Source: an uncultured cyanobacterium (GTDB lineage Bacteria; Cyanobacteriota; Cyanobacteriia; PCC-9006; JAAUQQ01). Taken from it: DNA of 64,000 nt. The stretch lies in the NCBI GenBank assembly GCA_963718615.1, contig OY970368.1:4864001-4928000 (forward strand). The letters run 5' to 3'. A program made the position numbers and the translations under genes. Numbering within the stretch: the stretch's first letter is position 1; each line of letters opens with the position of its first letter. The notes beneath the pieces were generated by a model. It ran no database searches. It was not told the origin of the DNA and saw nothing but the letters and a program-made list of their open reading frames with translations. Positions 9,820 to 20,845 of this stretch are shown one piece after another.

Positions 9820-10998
9820 CTAAGCCGTCGCAAATTTAATCTTGAGATAGTCATCCTCCATCTTCGCCCCCGCAGGCTGGAGTGCCGCTAGGGCCTGGGG
9901 CAAAACCAGGTTTCGCCGATGGTTGCCAATGCGAATATTGAGCTCGTCACCAGTTTTGCTCAGTTCCACCTTACTTTTGGGAATACCGGGCAGATACACC
10001 TCTAGGCTGTATTGATTGTCGAGCTGAACCACCCGCAGCGTTGTTTCTTTGTAGTAAACCTGGGCCGCGTCTTCATCGCCATAGAGGGTCTCTTTCAAAC
10101 GCTCCAGCGCTTCTAAACCACACATTTCTTCCGAATAGAGCGGCACTTCTTTCACCGGCAGAGGCCGGAAATTATCGTGGATCTCCTGGCGGTACTGCTG
10201 CTGATTTTCTTTCCAGCGCTGGAAGAAGGGGTCGGTGACGCTGTCGGGGATAATCCGGTTCGCCACAACCATATCGGTACCGACGTTGTAGAGGCTGAGA
10301 TAGGCATGGGCGCGCAGGGATTCTTTGATCACCATCTTCTCGGGATTGGTCACCAGACGGACTGAAGTTTTTGTGGGATCAGTGAGGACTTTTTCTAGGG
10401 CTTCAATTTGCTCATAGAACTCGTAGGGGGCATCCATCACTTCTTTATTTGGCAAAGAAAAACCCGCCACAGGCCGAAATAAAGGTTCAACCAAGGGTCG
10501 CAACGCCGCCGACACCGCCTGAAGCGGTTTGTAAAATCGCCGCATGTACCAGCCTGCAACTTCGGGTAAACTGAGCAACCGCAGCGCCGTTCCGGTGGGG
10601 GCCGAATCGATGATCAAAACATCGTATTCCCCCTCGTCGTAGTGACGCTTCATGCGCACTAGGCTAAAAATCTCGTCCATCCCCGGCAAGATCGCCAATT
10701 CTTCTGCCTCAACCCCCTCTAGGCCCCGCGCCTGCAGCACCTGGGTGATATAGCGTTTAACCGCACCCCAATTGTCTTCAAGTTCTCGCAGCGCATCTAG
10801 CTCTGCCCCCCAGAGATTGGGCTTGACTAGACGGGGTTCATGGCTCATTTCGAGGTCGAAGCTATCCGCCAGAGAATGGGCGGGATCCGTGCTCAGGACC
10901 AGCGTTCGATAGCCCAACTCAGCGCAGCGCAACCCCGTTGCTGCCGCAACAGAGGTTTTGCCGACACCGCCTTTTCCCGTCATCAAGATTACGCGCAT
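9820..10998 (-). CDS. TRC40/GET3/ArsA family ATPase with C-terminal HSP20-like domain
   Basis: [16 protein letters not shown] and DSAPTG motifs; C-terminal beta domain typical of the phototroph Get3-like clade. Confidence 0.92.
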   Translation of the reverse strand: MRVILMTGKGGVGKTSVAAATGLRCAELGYRTLVLSTDPAHSLADSFDLEMSHEPRLVKPNLWGAELDALRELEDNWGAVKRYITQVLQARGLEGVEAEELAILPGMDEIFSLVRMKRHYDEGEYDVLIIDSAPTGTALRLLSLPEVAGWYMRRFYKPLQAVSAALRPLVEPLFRPVAGFSLPNKEVMDAPYEFYEQIEALEKVLTDPTKTSVRLVTNPEKMVIKESLRAHAYLSLYNVGTDMVVANRIIPDSVTDPFFQRWKENQQQYRQEIHDNFRPLPVKEVPLYSEEMCGLEALERLKETLYGDEDAAQVYYKETTLRVVQLDNQYSLEVYLPGIPKSKVELSKTGDELNIRIGNHRRNLVLPQALAALQPAGAKMEDDYLKIKFATA

Positions 10999-11321
10999 GG
11001 AAGCCCCAGTCGGTTCTGTTAAGATTCTTTACTTCAACCCTTCCTATTTTAAGGGTTAGAGCCTTGATCTGCCTGTCCCTCCGCAGAACCCCGGAGGCCG
11101 ATTCGAGCCCTTTCTTTCGCTCCCAGATATTCGGCGGAGCGTTTTGACCCACATTTTCAGGTGCTCCCGCAAAAACAAGCCATTTCAGGGAATTCAGGGC
11201 CACCGGCACAACGCTATGATGCCGAATAGAAAGACGTGAAATCATCAGGAATGGCATCTCCCAAACCTGTCATGCCCAGGTCATTCCCAGCAAGCATTCC
11301 CAGTAAGGGGGCTCCACAACC

Positions 11322-14198
11322 ATGCATCGTTTGCCTTGGCCCTGGCAACGAATTCGCAGACAAGCTAGCGCGTTTGTGCCTGGGACGCTGGCATCATTTT
11401 TTGTGCTGTTGTTGTTTTCGGTTCATGGCTGGGATGCGGCTGAACATGGGGTCTATCGACTGCTGTTTCATTTGCGGGGTGCCCGGAGCTGGGACGATCG
11501 CCTGGTTCTGATTGCCATTGATGAAGCCAGTGTGCGGACCTTGGGTCGTTATCCTTGGCGTCGCGATCGCTACACCGACCTGCTCAAAACCCTCCAACCC
11601 GCCCAACCCGCCGCCCTGGGCTTAGATGCCCTGCTGTCAGAATCGACACCGGAAGATCCAAACCTCGCCCAAGCCATCGACAACCATGGCAATCTAGTCC
11701 TTGCCTCTGCCTTTGATGCCGATCTGCACAAGCTACAGCCAGTGCCCCAGCTGCAAGAGGCGGCAGCCCTCGTGGCCCACATCAACCAAGATAGCGATGA
11801 AGATGGTATCAGCCGCCGTAATTTTCTCTATGCAGGTGAAATTCCTTCCCTAGGGCTAGGGATGCTTCAGGTTTACGAGGAGCAGTTAGCCAGTACGGTG
11901 GGTCAATCGCTGTCAGAGCCACTCCAGTTGCCGCTGCCGACCCCCCAAGCCCAAGCAGAAAATCAACCGCTTTGGATTAACTGGCCGGGTCCCGCCCAAG
12001 GCTTAACCGCCTATTCGTTTCAGGAGGTTTTGGCCAACAAGATTCCGTTAGAGAAATTTCGTAACAAAATTGTTTTTGTGGGTGTGACCCTAGGGGGGTG
12101 GCCGACGTTGCGCACGCCCTTTGATCAAGATCCGCCGACCTCTCAGATTTATCTCCATGCTGCCGTTGCGGATAATCTGCTGCAAAAGAATGCGCTGTAT
12201 CCGTTACCAAGACCGGCCACGATGCTAGTTTTATTGGCGTTGGGACCCAGTCTGAGCCTATTACTCCATCGGCTGAAGCTCCGAAGACAGTGGGTGGTGG
12301 TGGCGATCGCCAATCTCTCCTGGGGCAGTCTAGCTTGGATTCTCTTCACTCAAAATCTCTGGATACCCGTTGCGTCCCCCCTTGCCGTGCTGCTGATTAC
12401 GGGCAGTATTTCCATTCTCAAAACCCAGCTCCAAACCACCGCGCAGCTCCAGGCCCGCAGCGAACTGCTCGCCACCATGAGTCACGAAATCCGCACGCCG
12501 ATGAATGCGGTGATTGGCATGACGGGTCTGTTGCTCGATACCCCACTCAACAGCGAACAGCATGGGTTTACAGAGGTGATCCGCAGCAGCGGCGAATCGC
12601 TTTTGGCGTTGATTAATGACATTCTCGATTTCTCTAAAATGGAATCTGGGCAACTCTTGCTAGAGACGAGTCCGTTTGAACTCCGTCGCTGCTTAGAAGA
12701 CTCGCTGGATTTGGTCGCGACCCAGGCCACGGTCAGAGGGCTGGAACTCGCCTACTGGATGGATGAAAAAACCCCTGAAGTGATTGCAGGGGATATTACG
12801 CGGCTGCGACAAATTTTGCTCAATTTGCTCAGCAATGCCGTCAAGTTTACAGAAACCGGGGAGGTCACCGTCACCGTCCGCGCCCAACCCGTGGAGCTGA
12901 ATCCTAGCGCATCGACCCAGGGGTGCGCACCTCGGCTGTGGCAACGCTGGAATCCGGAGATCGTTCAAGCAAGAGGGGTCTTTCAACGGCAACAGCAATG
13001 GGCAGCGCGCTATCCCGAATTGATGGAATTGGGGCCATTGTATCGGCTGGAGTTTGCCGTGGCGGATACGGGTATTGGGATTCCGGCCAATCGACTCGAT
13101 CGCCTGTTTCGACCCTTTAGCCAGGTGGATGCTTCGACGACTCGGCGCTACGGTGGCACGGGGCTGGGATTGGTGATTAGCGATCGCCTCAGTCGTCTCC
13201 TGGGGGGCAACATGGGCGTGGTCACCCGCGATGGCGAAGGACGCTGGGGCCAAACGGGCAGTCCGTTGGTGCTCCATTCCCCGGAGGAGCGATCGCAACC
13301 CGGTGCCACGTTCTATTTCACGATTTTGGCTCCATCCATTTCCACCGTTTCCACCATCAGGGTCGACCAAGACCTACTCAGCGGTAAACGGCTGCTGATC
13401 GTGGACGACAACCTCACCAACCGACAGATTCTGACCCTCCAGGCCAAGAGCTGGAAGATGCAACCGGATGCCGTGGCCTCGGGAGAGGAAGCCCTGCACC
13501 ACCTGCGCCAAGGATTGGCCTACGACATTGCCATTCTTGACCAGCAAATGCCGGAAATGGATGGGGTCGAGCTGATTCAGCGGATTCGTCAACAGCGCGA
13601 ACTGCGTCAATTGCCCCTGATTTTGCTAACCTCTCTGGGCAATCATGACCTGGGTGTTCCCGGTCTGGAACAAGAGCTCTCGGCCCTCCTCACCAAACCC
13701 GTGAAACAAGCGCAGCTCTATGAGGTGGTTTACCGCTGTCTCCGCGCCGGGGGAAGCCCAACAGAAGCTTCGGCAGCCGCCCTGCAATCCCAACCAAATC
13801 GGGGCGATCGCGACCTCGCGACCCAACGCCCCTTGCGGGTGCTGTTAGCCGAAGACAATCGGGTCAATCAGCAGGTTGCACTCAAGCTGCTCAGCCGCCT
13901 GGGCTACCGAGCCGATCTGGCCGCCAATGGCGCAGAAGCCCTCGCAGCCCTACGTCGCCAATCCTATGATTTGATTTTGATGGATGTGCAAATGCCGGAG
14001 ATGGATGGCCTCGAAGCGACGCGACAGATCCGGCGGGAATTTCGTCAGCAGCCCTACATTATTGCGCTGACGGCGAGTGCTTTAGAGCGCGATCGCACCG
14101 CCTGCTACGAAGCCGGAATGGACAGCTATCTCAGCAAGCCCTTCCGCCTCAACGATCTAGTCGAAGCTATTCGCCAAATCCCTCCGATCGAAACCTAA
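11322..14198 (+). CDS. CHASE2-domain hybrid histidine kinase with two receiver domains
   Basis: CHASE2 (IAIDE...YPWRRD...DEDGISRR), three TMs, H-box [12 protein letters not shown] boxes, two REC domains (ILDQQMP, LMDVQMP). Confidence 0.93.
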   Translation: MHRLPWPWQRIRRQASAFVPGTLASFFVLLLFSVHGWDAAEHGVYRLLFHLRGARSWDDRLVLIAIDEASVRTLGRYPWRRDRYTDLLKTLQPAQPAALGLDALLSESTPEDPNLAQAIDNHGNLVLASAFDADLHKLQPVPQLQEAAALVAHINQDSDEDGISRRNFLYAGEIPSLGLGMLQVYEEQLASTVGQSLSEPLQLPLPTPQAQAENQPLWINWPGPAQGLTAYSFQEVLANKIPLEKFRNKIVFVGVTLGGWPTLRTPFDQDPPTSQIYLHAAVADNLLQKNALYPLPRPATMLVLLALGPSLSLLLHRLKLRRQWVVVAIANLSWGSLAWILFTQNLWIPVASPLAVLLITGSISILKTQLQTTAQLQARSELLATMSHEIRTPMNAVIGMTGLLLDTPLNSEQHGFTEVIRSSGESLLALINDILDFSKMESGQLLLETSPFELRRCLEDSLDLVATQATVRGLELAYWMDEKTPEVIAGDITRLRQILLNLLSNAVKFTETGEVTVTVRAQPVELNPSASTQGCAPRLWQRWNPEIVQARGVFQRQQQWAARYPELMELGPLYRLEFAVADTGIGIPANRLDRLFRPFSQVDASTTRRYGGTGLGLVISDRLSRLLGGNMGVVTRDGEGRWGQTGSPLVLHSPEERSQPGATFYFTILAPSISTVSTIRVDQDLLSGKRLLIVDDNLTNRQILTLQAKSWKMQPDAVASGEEALHHLRQGLAYDIAILDQQMPEMDGVELIQRIRQQRELRQLPLILLTSLGNHDLGVPGLEQELSALLTKPVKQAQLYEVVYRCLRAGGSPTEASAAALQSQPNRGDRDLATQRPLRVLLAEDNRVNQQVALKLLSRLGYRADLAANGAEALAALRRQSYDLILMDVQMPEMDGLEATRQIRREFRQQPYIIALTASALERDRTACYEAGMDSYLSKPFRLNDLVEAIRQIPPIET

Positions 14199-14584
14199 AC
14201 CGGCAGATGTTGACGCAACACGTTTAGGCGAGAAATATCCCAAACGTCAATGTGGGAGATAACTTGACCTGCCGGATTGAGCCGCATCTCGGTCCGTCCC
14301 GGAATGGAAATTCGCGGTCGCCAGGGTAAAGGCGTAGTCCAGTGCAACGTCCAGCGGGTTTGAATCAGAGAGTCCGACTGAGCGATCTCATGCAAATCGA
14401 GCTGAGGTTCCTTGAACCAGGTTTCGATAAATCCCACCATTTGGCGATAGCGATCGAGGCCGCGAAACGTAGTCATCGGATCCTTGAAATAAACGTCTTC
14501 GGCGTAAATCTCGTAGGTTGGATTTTTGGGAAATCGGGCGTAGTCCGCCTTGAGGATGTCGAGGATTGGGCTCATGGCAGTCAT
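14195..14584 (-). CDS. DUF2358 / SnoaL-like (NTF2-fold) protein
   Basis: [16 protein letters not shown] and ISHIDVWD pattern. Confidence 0.8.
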   Translation of the reverse strand: MTAMSPILDILKADYARFPKNPTYEIYAEDVYFKDPMTTFRGLDRYRQMVGFIETWFKEPQLDLHEIAQSDSLIQTRWTLHWTTPLPWRPRISIPGRTEMRLNPAGQVISHIDVWDISRLNVLRQHLPV

Positions 14585-14609
14585 CGTTTAGGTCTGCTCC
14601 GGTTTAGGT

Positions 14610-15632
14610 CTACTCCGATTGATGGCCCACCACTTCTCGCACCCGATAAATCGGTCGGTTTTGGGATTCGTGATAAGTGCGAATTTGCAGTTCAGCCAAC
14701 AGACCAAAGCAGAGCAATTGAACTCCGCCAATGATCAGGATGGCAACGAGTATAAGGAGGGGGCGATCGCCAATGGCCGCTCCGGTCCACAATTTCAGAA
14801 ACGTTAAATAAATCCCCAGCACCACCCCGATCACAATCGACAGCAAACCAAAGAAGCCAAACCCATGCATTGGCTTGGTTAAAAACCGCTTCATGAAGTA
14901 AATCGTCAGTAGATCCATCACCACCCGCAGCGTCCGACCCAGGCCATATTTACTTTGGCCAAACCGACGGGCATGGTGACGCACCGGCATCTCGGTGATC
15001 CGGGCACCTTCCATAAAAGCTAAGGCCGGTAGGAAGCGGTGCAGTTCCCCATACAGATTCATATCCGCCACCAGTTCCGACCGATAGGCCTTGAGCGAAC
15101 AGCCATAGTCATGGATCTTGACCCCCGTGACGCGGCCAATCAGCCAGTTGGCAATTTTGGAGGGCAATAGGCGCGTGAGGGCGTCGTCCTGGCGATGTTT
15201 GCGCCAGCCGCTCACCAGGTCATAGCCTTCGTTGAGTTTGGCCAAGAGCATGGGAATATCCGCTGGGTCGTTTTGCAAGTCTCCATCGAGCGTAATGATC
15301 GCTTCGCCCACAGCATAGTGAAACCCCGCCGCCATGGCTGCCGTTTGGCCATAGTTTTTACGGAGGAGCACAGCCCGCAGATCCTGGCGCTCCGCCGCAA
15401 ACCGCTTCAGCAATTCCACGGAGCCATCGAGGGAGCCATCATCCACCAAAATAATTTCGTAGCTCAGGCCCGTCCCCTTTAGGGTCTGGGCGATCGTGTC
15501 AATCAAGTGAGGTAGACTATCGACTTCGTTATAAATCGGTACCACCACTGAAACATCCAAGCGGCCATCGGCGGCCCGGTTCAAGGTCGGCGAATAGGAC
15601 CGGGTCTGAAGCGACAGAAGCGATGCGTCCAT
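14610..15632 (-). CDS. GT2 glycosyltransferase (polyprenol-phosphate type)
   Basis: VVVPIYNE, VDDGS, DGDLQNDP, HRFLPAL and two C-terminal TMs. Confidence 0.92.
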   Translation of the reverse strand: MDASLLSLQTRSYSPTLNRAADGRLDVSVVVPIYNEVDSLPHLIDTIAQTLKGTGLSYEIILVDDGSLDGSVELLKRFAAERQDLRAVLLRKNYGQTAAMAAGFHYAVGEAIITLDGDLQNDPADIPMLLAKLNEGYDLVSGWRKHRQDDALTRLLPSKIANWLIGRVTGVKIHDYGCSLKAYRSELVADMNLYGELHRFLPALAFMEGARITEMPVRHHARRFGQSKYGLGRTLRVVMDLLTIYFMKRFLTKPMHGFGFFGLLSIVIGVVLGIYLTFLKLWTGAAIGDRPLLILVAILIIGGVQLLCFGLLAELQIRTYHESQNRPIYRVREVVGHQSE

Positions 15633-15725
15633 GGAGAACCCTATACGGCTAAACGTAGTAAAAGTTTACAGGTTGAGGGACAGGGGGAACCATTGGGGCT
15701 CCTTCTTAGCCCCTAACCCTTACCC

Positions 15726-16565
15726 CTAGCCCTTAGCCCTGTAACTTTCCATGACCCGGCCTGCCCCGCGAAACAGGGCGTAGTAAGCTCGGCTCACGGG
15801 ATGGGCCGCTTCATCCCCTCGCAATTCGTCAATGCCAATACCGTTTCGTCCCATATCCTTGCCGGAACTGTGAATATACTGGCCTTCACCGAGGTAGAGG
15901 CCCACATGGGTGGCCTTGGCGGGGGGACCGAAGAACACCAGATCACCGGGCTGCAAGGGCGTGTAGTCGAGGCGATCGCCCCCCCATTCCATGGGACTTT
16001 GCACGGTCTCTTCCACGGTCTTTTTCACGGCGATCGCCCTCACAAACGCCTCCTGCTGATAGGCATCTCGCGGCAACCAAATCCCCTGGGACTGAAACGC
16101 CGCCTGCATCAAACCGGAGCAGTCATAGTGGGGCGCAACGGTCCCTCCCCATAAATATTCATTGGCAACCCCTTGGGCAGCCCAAGCAAATTGCACAATG
16201 GCCGGAAGTCGAGCTTCAATGTCAGCCCGAGCTACAGCAATCGGCTGATAGGGCCGATCCGCTAGCCTCAACGCCTCCAGATCCGCCACCGCTAACCAAG
16301 CAGGATAGCCATCCTCTCGCAAGGTTACGGCCAGTGCCTGGGGCATTCCTGAGGTTTCTGAGGCTTCTGAGGGATCTGAGAGATTTAAGGGCTCTAAGAG
16401 GCATTCCACCTCGGTCAAGCCGGTTAGGCACAGTTGGCGATCGCACCCCGCCTGAGTCGCTAGGCGATCGCACCGGGGCGAGTCATAGAGATTCAGATTT
16501 CGCGTCACACAAAACTCCGATGCAGGATTAGCTTGTAGCGCTTGCAGAACATCAGCAATCGTCAT
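15726..16565 (-). CDS. NlpC/P60 (C40) peptidase with SH3-like N-terminus
   Basis: YLWGG, YDCSG, PRDAYQQ, THVGLY, IHSSG; start trimmed to ATG 16565 (uncertain). Confidence 0.88.
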   Translation of the reverse strand: MTIADVLQALQANPASEFCVTRNLNLYDSPRCDRLATQAGCDRQLCLTGLTEVECLLEPLNLSDPSEASETSGMPQALAVTLREDGYPAWLAVADLEALRLADRPYQPIAVARADIEARLPAIVQFAWAAQGVANEYLWGGTVAPHYDCSGLMQAAFQSQGIWLPRDAYQQEAFVRAIAVKKTVEETVQSPMEWGGDRLDYTPLQPGDLVFFGPPAKATHVGLYLGEGQYIHSSGKDMGRNGIGIDELRGDEAAHPVSRAYYALFRGAGRVMESYRAKG

Positions 16566-16929
16566 GACAGGGCTCAAAATAGCTTGTTCAACAGGGATAG
16601 TAATGCCAACATCATCTATTTGTAGAGATTGACAAATCAAGCAGTGTAAAAAGGCTATGCAATAAGGTTGTGCAATATTGTGTTTATTAAAAAACCTCTG
16701 CTTGCAATAAAACGCAATGTTTACAAACCTTGAATTTTCTCTGTTTAAGACGGCTTTTTAATGGGAAAACTTCAATCAGGAAATCCGTAAATTTCCTTTA
16801 GCCTCCCCCCAGCAAAGGCGATAGATTGGGAGCACTGGAACGTGGGTCAGCCCAATCTTACTTAACCCTGAACCTTATCGACTGGACTGGGTGCGCCCTT
16901 CGGATGTACAACCTCGCTGCATCAGGATT

Positions 16930-17691
16930 ATGCAAAACACAATTAAGCTATCTGCTCAATCTTATTCATTCCCAACTCATCCTGAAGGGGTACTCTATGC
17001 GGCTTACCGGGCTTTCCGTAATCGGCTCAATCTAGCAGCAGCCGATCGCGTTTTTTTCAACGTTGATCAATATTGTCAGGCCCTCAATCACAAAGCGGAA
17101 GGGAGCATCGTTCTTCATCTGCGTAAGGATCTGTATTTAACGGTTCGGAACAATATATGGGATGCGGAAAGTCTGCACGAGGTCTTTGTTGCCCCTCGTT
17201 TTCTCAAAAATCTTCGTCTCCGCAAACAGCCAACCATTGTTGAACTCGGTGGATATATCGGTGGTTTTTCCATCTATGCGGTGAAATCGCTGAAGGCCAA
17301 AAAAGTCGTTGTCTACGAATCCAATCTAGAGAATTTTGAAGTCTTAACCCAAAACGTGGTTAACAATTCCCTTGACCATCGGGTTGTGACAATCCACCAA
17401 TCTGCCCATAGCCTCAGTCAGATTTTGAATCAACAGGAAATTGATCGCATTGACTTGCTGAAAATTGATGGTTCGCGCGAACCGCTGGACTGGCTCATTC
17501 AAACCCCCGCTGAATCTCTCCACTGCATTCAGAATCTGATGGTGACGCTTCCCCAGGATAACGTCACAAAAACCACCGAACTGCTCAGCCACCTGCGAAC
17601 AGCCGGTTATCGCGTGCGGACCGATGCCGCGATCGCCTATGCCACCCTACCAGAAATCTCCGCAGTGCTCCGCCTATACCCGAAGGGTTAG
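16930..17691 (+). CDS. FkbM-like SAM-dependent methyltransferase (divergent; last 12 residues derive from the IS left end)
   Basis: ELGGYIGGFS, VVYES and IDLLKID motifs; start uncertain. Confidence 0.7.
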   Translation: MQNTIKLSAQSYSFPTHPEGVLYAAYRAFRNRLNLAAADRVFFNVDQYCQALNHKAEGSIVLHLRKDLYLTVRNNIWDAESLHEVFVAPRFLKNLRLRKQPTIVELGGYIGGFSIYAVKSLKAKKVVVYESNLENFEVLTQNVVNNSLDHRVVTIHQSAHSLSQILNQQEIDRIDLLKIDGSREPLDWLIQTPAESLHCIQNLMVTLPQDNVTKTTELLSHLRTAGYRVRTDAAIAYATLPEISAVLRLYPKG

Positions 17692-17810
17692 GGGGTGGTG
17701 AAGCGGAGCGCGACCGCAGGAAGCAACTAACAGAAATCTCCGCAGTGCTCCGCCTATACCCGAAGGGTTAGGGGGTGGTGAAGCGGAGCGCGACCGCAGG
17801 AAGCAACTAA
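17651..17810 (+). repeat. Exact 80-bp tandem duplication of the IS left end
   Basis: 17651-17730 is identical to 17731-17810 (cagaaatctcc...aagcaactaa). Confidence 0.95.
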
Positions 17811-18220
17811 TCAATCTCGGCCTGCTGTTGAATATATTGCCTGAGAACAGATATAGAGGCTCCGCCACAAGAAATAATGCAGTAGGAACGACTCCAAAAA
17901 ATCGGCTTATCTCGGTAGATCTGATTAAGGTGTTCACCAAACTCTTTCCTGAGTAACCGACTAGAGACAGTTTTTAAGTTGTTCACCAACTTCGACGGCT
18001 GAACCTTGGGATTGATCGAGATAAGAAGATGAACATGGTCAGCCTCCCCATTAAACTCAAGCAGGTTGCCATCCCACTTAACGAGCGTCTGCGCGAATAT
18101 CTCTCGCATCCTTTCCAGCATGGGTTTCGTGATGCACTTTCGTCGGTACTTAGTGCAAGCGACTAAGTGGAATTGAAGATTATAGGAGCAGTGGTGGAGG
18201 GTGTTTAACGGTTGCGACAT
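17807..18220 (-). CDS. tnpA: IS200/IS605 Y1 HUH transposase
   Basis: TKYRR, DHVHLL (HUH), FWSRSY and YIQQQ catalytic Tyr helix. Confidence 0.95.
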   Translation of the reverse strand: MSQPLNTLHHCSYNLQFHLVACTKYRRKCITKPMLERMREIFAQTLVKWDGNLLEFNGEADHVHLLISINPKVQPSKLVNNLKTVSSRLLRKEFGEHLNQIYRDKPIFWSRSYCIISCGGASISVLRQYIQQQAEID

Positions 18221-18247
18221 TGTGGGCGACTAAGCTAGAATAAGACC

Positions 18248-19435
18248 ATGCTAACACTGACCTATGAGTACAAACTGAAGCCAACCGCTCAGCAGATTGA
18301 GGAGCTAGAAAATAGCTTGGATGTTTGCCGAAAAGTCTGGAATTATGCCCTGAAAGAGCGCAAGGACTGGATTGCTTCAAGAAAGTGTCCTATCAATGCT
18401 TGCTCAATTCGGGGTGAGTACATCATGGCGGCGGATGCTCCCTATCCCGGTTTTGCTCACCAGTGCAAATCCCTGACCCAAGCCAAGAAGACTAATCCTG
18501 ACCTCAAGTCTGTCAATGCTCAATCCCTTCAGCAAGTGCTGAAGACTTTAGAAAAAGCATTCAAGGATAAGGCAGAACGGGGGTTTGGGTTTCCTCGGTT
18601 TAAGAAGTCGGGGCAAATGAAGTCGTTTCTGTTTCCTCAATTGGGTAAGACTCCACTGGGAGACGGGTGGGTAAATCTTCCCAGTATTGGGAAAACTGCT
18701 ATCCGGCAGTCTCGGCCCTATCCCGAAGGCTTCCAGGTGAAGCAGGCCAGGATAGTGAAGCGGGCGTCAGGGTTTTATGTGGTGCTCTGTTTTCAAGCGG
18801 AGTTGTCCATTCCCGATGTGCCATTGGTAGGTCAGTGTGTGGGTGTCGATGTAGGGTTGGAATATTTCCTGTCAGCCTCGGATGGCTTGCAAGTTCATTG
18901 TCCTCGGTTTTTCGTTGACCTGCAAAGCGAGCTGAAATTGCTGCAACGCAGACTCAAGAAAAAGGTGCTGGGGTCGAAGAACTGGAAAAAGCTTCAGCTT
19001 AAGATCGCAAAACTGCATGAACGAATCAGCAACACTCGCAAGGATTTCCACTTCAAGATTGCTCATCTGCTCTGTGACCGGAGCGATGTGATTGTGGTGG
19101 AGAATCTGAATCTAGTGGGCTTGTCCCGTGGCATTTTAGGCAAACACATGCTCGATGCTGGCTTGGGACAGTTCCTGAATCAGATTTTGCCCTGGGTGTG
19201 TTTTAAGCGAGGGAAGGGGTATCTAAAAGTGGATGCCCGTGGAACCTCTCAGCAATGCCCTGATTGTGGTCATGCTGTCAAAAAGACGCTTTCAGACCGT
19301 TGGCATAATTGTCCCCATTGCGGGTCATCGATGCCTCGGGACATTGCGAGTGCAATTGTAATCAAACAAAGAGCCGTGGGGCGCACGGTTCAAGAAAAGG
19401 CTTGTGGAGACGGTCTAGCGGGGGTGGCGGCATGA
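18248..19435 (+). CDS. tnpB: RNA-guided endonuclease TnpB
   Basis: GFPRFK, RuvC D (GVDVG), E (VVENL) and D (PRDI), zinc finger CPDC...CPHC. Confidence 0.95.
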   Translation: MLTLTYEYKLKPTAQQIEELENSLDVCRKVWNYALKERKDWIASRKCPINACSIRGEYIMAADAPYPGFAHQCKSLTQAKKTNPDLKSVNAQSLQQVLKTLEKAFKDKAERGFGFPRFKKSGQMKSFLFPQLGKTPLGDGWVNLPSIGKTAIRQSRPYPEGFQVKQARIVKRASGFYVVLCFQAELSIPDVPLVGQCVGVDVGLEYFLSASDGLQVHCPRFFVDLQSELKLLQRRLKKKVLGSKNWKKLQLKIAKLHERISNTRKDFHFKIAHLLCDRSDVIVVENLNLVGLSRGILGKHMLDAGLGQFLNQILPWVCFKRGKGYLKVDARGTSQQCPDCGHAVKKTLSDRWHNCPHCGSSMPRDIASAIVIKQRAVGRTVQEKACGDGLAGVAA

Positions 19436-19531
19436 AGGTGCTGTTATCTAGCCAAGAGTCTGTGAAACAGGAATCTCCATCCATATCGCCTAGCGATTGG
19501 GTGGATGAGCGTCAACTTAACCGTCTTGCAA
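19370..19531 (+). ncRNA. Predicted TnpB reRNA/omegaRNA scaffold plus flanking guide (5' boundary approximate)
   Basis: Inferred from family architecture: scaffold overlaps the tnpB 3' end and runs to the TCAA right end; guide would begin cttaaccgtcttgcaa. Confidence 0.5.
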
Positions 19532-19541
19532 CAATACAACC

Positions 19542-19898
19542 TTAGTCTTGTAATGTCGCAGGGGGCGGATTGCGCCGGGTTTGACGTTGCTTAAACAGAC
19601 TGCACACCACATCCACAGCGTCATCCTGCCAATAGGGAATAAAGGTGGCATCGTTGGGTAAACGGAGGCGATCGCGACAGTCATACTTTTCAATAGGACG
19701 CACCACGCCATCAACGCTGACCTTCGCTCGGTACTCCCAAAACCGCTTGGCACTGCGTTTCATCCGCAGAATACAAATTTTATGACTGTTAACCACTCGG
19801 CATAGGGGTAACGCCTCCACCGGCAAAACAGCCACACTCCACCAGGCCCAGATCGTTATCCAGACCACAATTCCAACTTTCTGGAGCTTTTTACTCAC
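19542..19898 (-). CDS. Hypothetical exported protein with several Cys
   Basis: Signal-like N-terminus ending VEA; CILRMKRSAKRFWEYRA; four Cys; GTG start. Confidence 0.7.
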   Translation of the reverse strand: MSKKLQKVGIVVWITIWAWWSVAVLPVEALPLCRVVNSHKICILRMKRSAKRFWEYRAKVSVDGVVRPIEKYDCRDRLRLPNDATFIPYWQDDAVDVVCSLFKQRQTRRNPPPATLQD

Positions 19899-19978
19899 TG
19901 CGTTGCCATTTCAAGGGAGACTCCACGATAGCGATTTTGCGCCTGGGAAATCAAGCCTGGGAAATCAAGCCAGAGAAC

Positions 19979-20845
19979 TCAAGCCAGAGAAATTAGGGCA
20001 ACCCCAAACACCATAATCGCAGCGCCAAGCAAGCGCTCCTGCAACCCCTGCTCTCCAAACCAAAAGACACCAAAAAGCACCGCAAGCAGCGCACTCATAC
20101 GCTTCACGGCAATCACCTGGGTTACAGGCACCAGCGTTAGAGCCAACATTTGGAAGCCTACGCCCGTGGCATTAAACAGTCCCGTCCACACGAGGGTTTT
20201 AGCCTCAGGGAGGGCCTGGGCAATGCCAGACCAGCCGCGACGCAACACAAAGGGGAGGGTACCGCAGGAAATGAAGGTAAAGAGGGCGATCGCCCAGGCA
20301 ATGGGCGAAGAATTTTGGACACCAACCTTATCAAGGTTAGAGGTGATGCTCCAGATAAAGGCCACAGCCAGCATCAAACGACTCCCCCGATTGGCCACAA
20401 TCGCCTTCAGCGGAGCCCAGTAGCCTTGATTTCTGGCTTGCAAATTGAGAATGTAGGACCCCACAATCAAGAACAGAACACCAACGCCATCTCCCCAGGT
20501 CGGATACTCCTGCACAATCAACGGAGAAGTTACCAACAAGAACAAGGGAGTTAGGGTTACCAAAGGAACGGTCAAAGACAAATCTGCAATTTTGATCGCT
20601 CGGGTATAAAGAATAAAGGCCAACACATTGAGGCTGCCCCCCATGAAGATAGCTTGGGCAAAATATGGGCCAAAGTTGGGCATCCCAGTCGTTAGCCAAA
20701 GGACAGGAAGAAGGGCGATCGCCCCAATCCCCGTAAAAGCCCACAGAACAACATACTCATCCAGAGCTTTCAAGCTTTGCTTACTGGTCACATCTTTGAG
20801 CGCTTCAAAGCAAGCCGTCAGACCGGCAAACAACAACCAGCTCAC
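19979..20845 (-). CDS. EamA/DMT family transporter
   Basis: About 10 TMs in two repeats; LSLTVPL and FGEQ motifs. Confidence 0.88.
   Translation of the reverse strand: MSWLLFAGLTACFEALKDVTSKQSLKALDEYVVLWAFTGIGAIALLPVLWLTTGMPNFGPYFAQAIFMGGSLNVLAFILYTRAIKIADLSLTVPLVTLTPLFLLVTSPLIVQEYPTWGDGVGVLFLIVGSYILNLQARNQGYWAPLKAIVANRGSRLMLAVAFIWSITSNLDKVGVQNSSPIAWAIALFTFISCGTLPFVLRRGWSGIAQALPEAKTLVWTGLFNATGVGFQMLALTLVPVTQVIAVKRMSALLAVLFGVFWFGEQGLQERLLGAAIMVFGVALISLA

Larger units (their letters stand above)
17651..19515 (+). mobile_element. IS200/IS605-family element (divergent tnpA + tnpB)
   Basis: Begins after CTAC, subterminal hairpins at both ends, ends in TCAA, no TSD; removal restores ...ACC CTA CCT TAA (TLP-stop) to the upstream gene. 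Confidence 0.9.

Noticed and set aside
9820-10998. Arsenic resistance ArsA
   Set aside because: Single ATPase domain with an HSP20-like tail and no ars operon genes; fits the Get3-like clade
16740-16930. Riboswitch upstream of the FkbM-like gene
   Set aside because: An 8-bp inverted repeat (AGATTGGG/CCCAATCT) exists, but I could not match any known aptamer consensus
17651-17810. 80-bp repeat next to an RNA-guided nuclease as a CRISPR array
   Set aside because: Two abutting identical units with no spacer; it coincides with the IS left end
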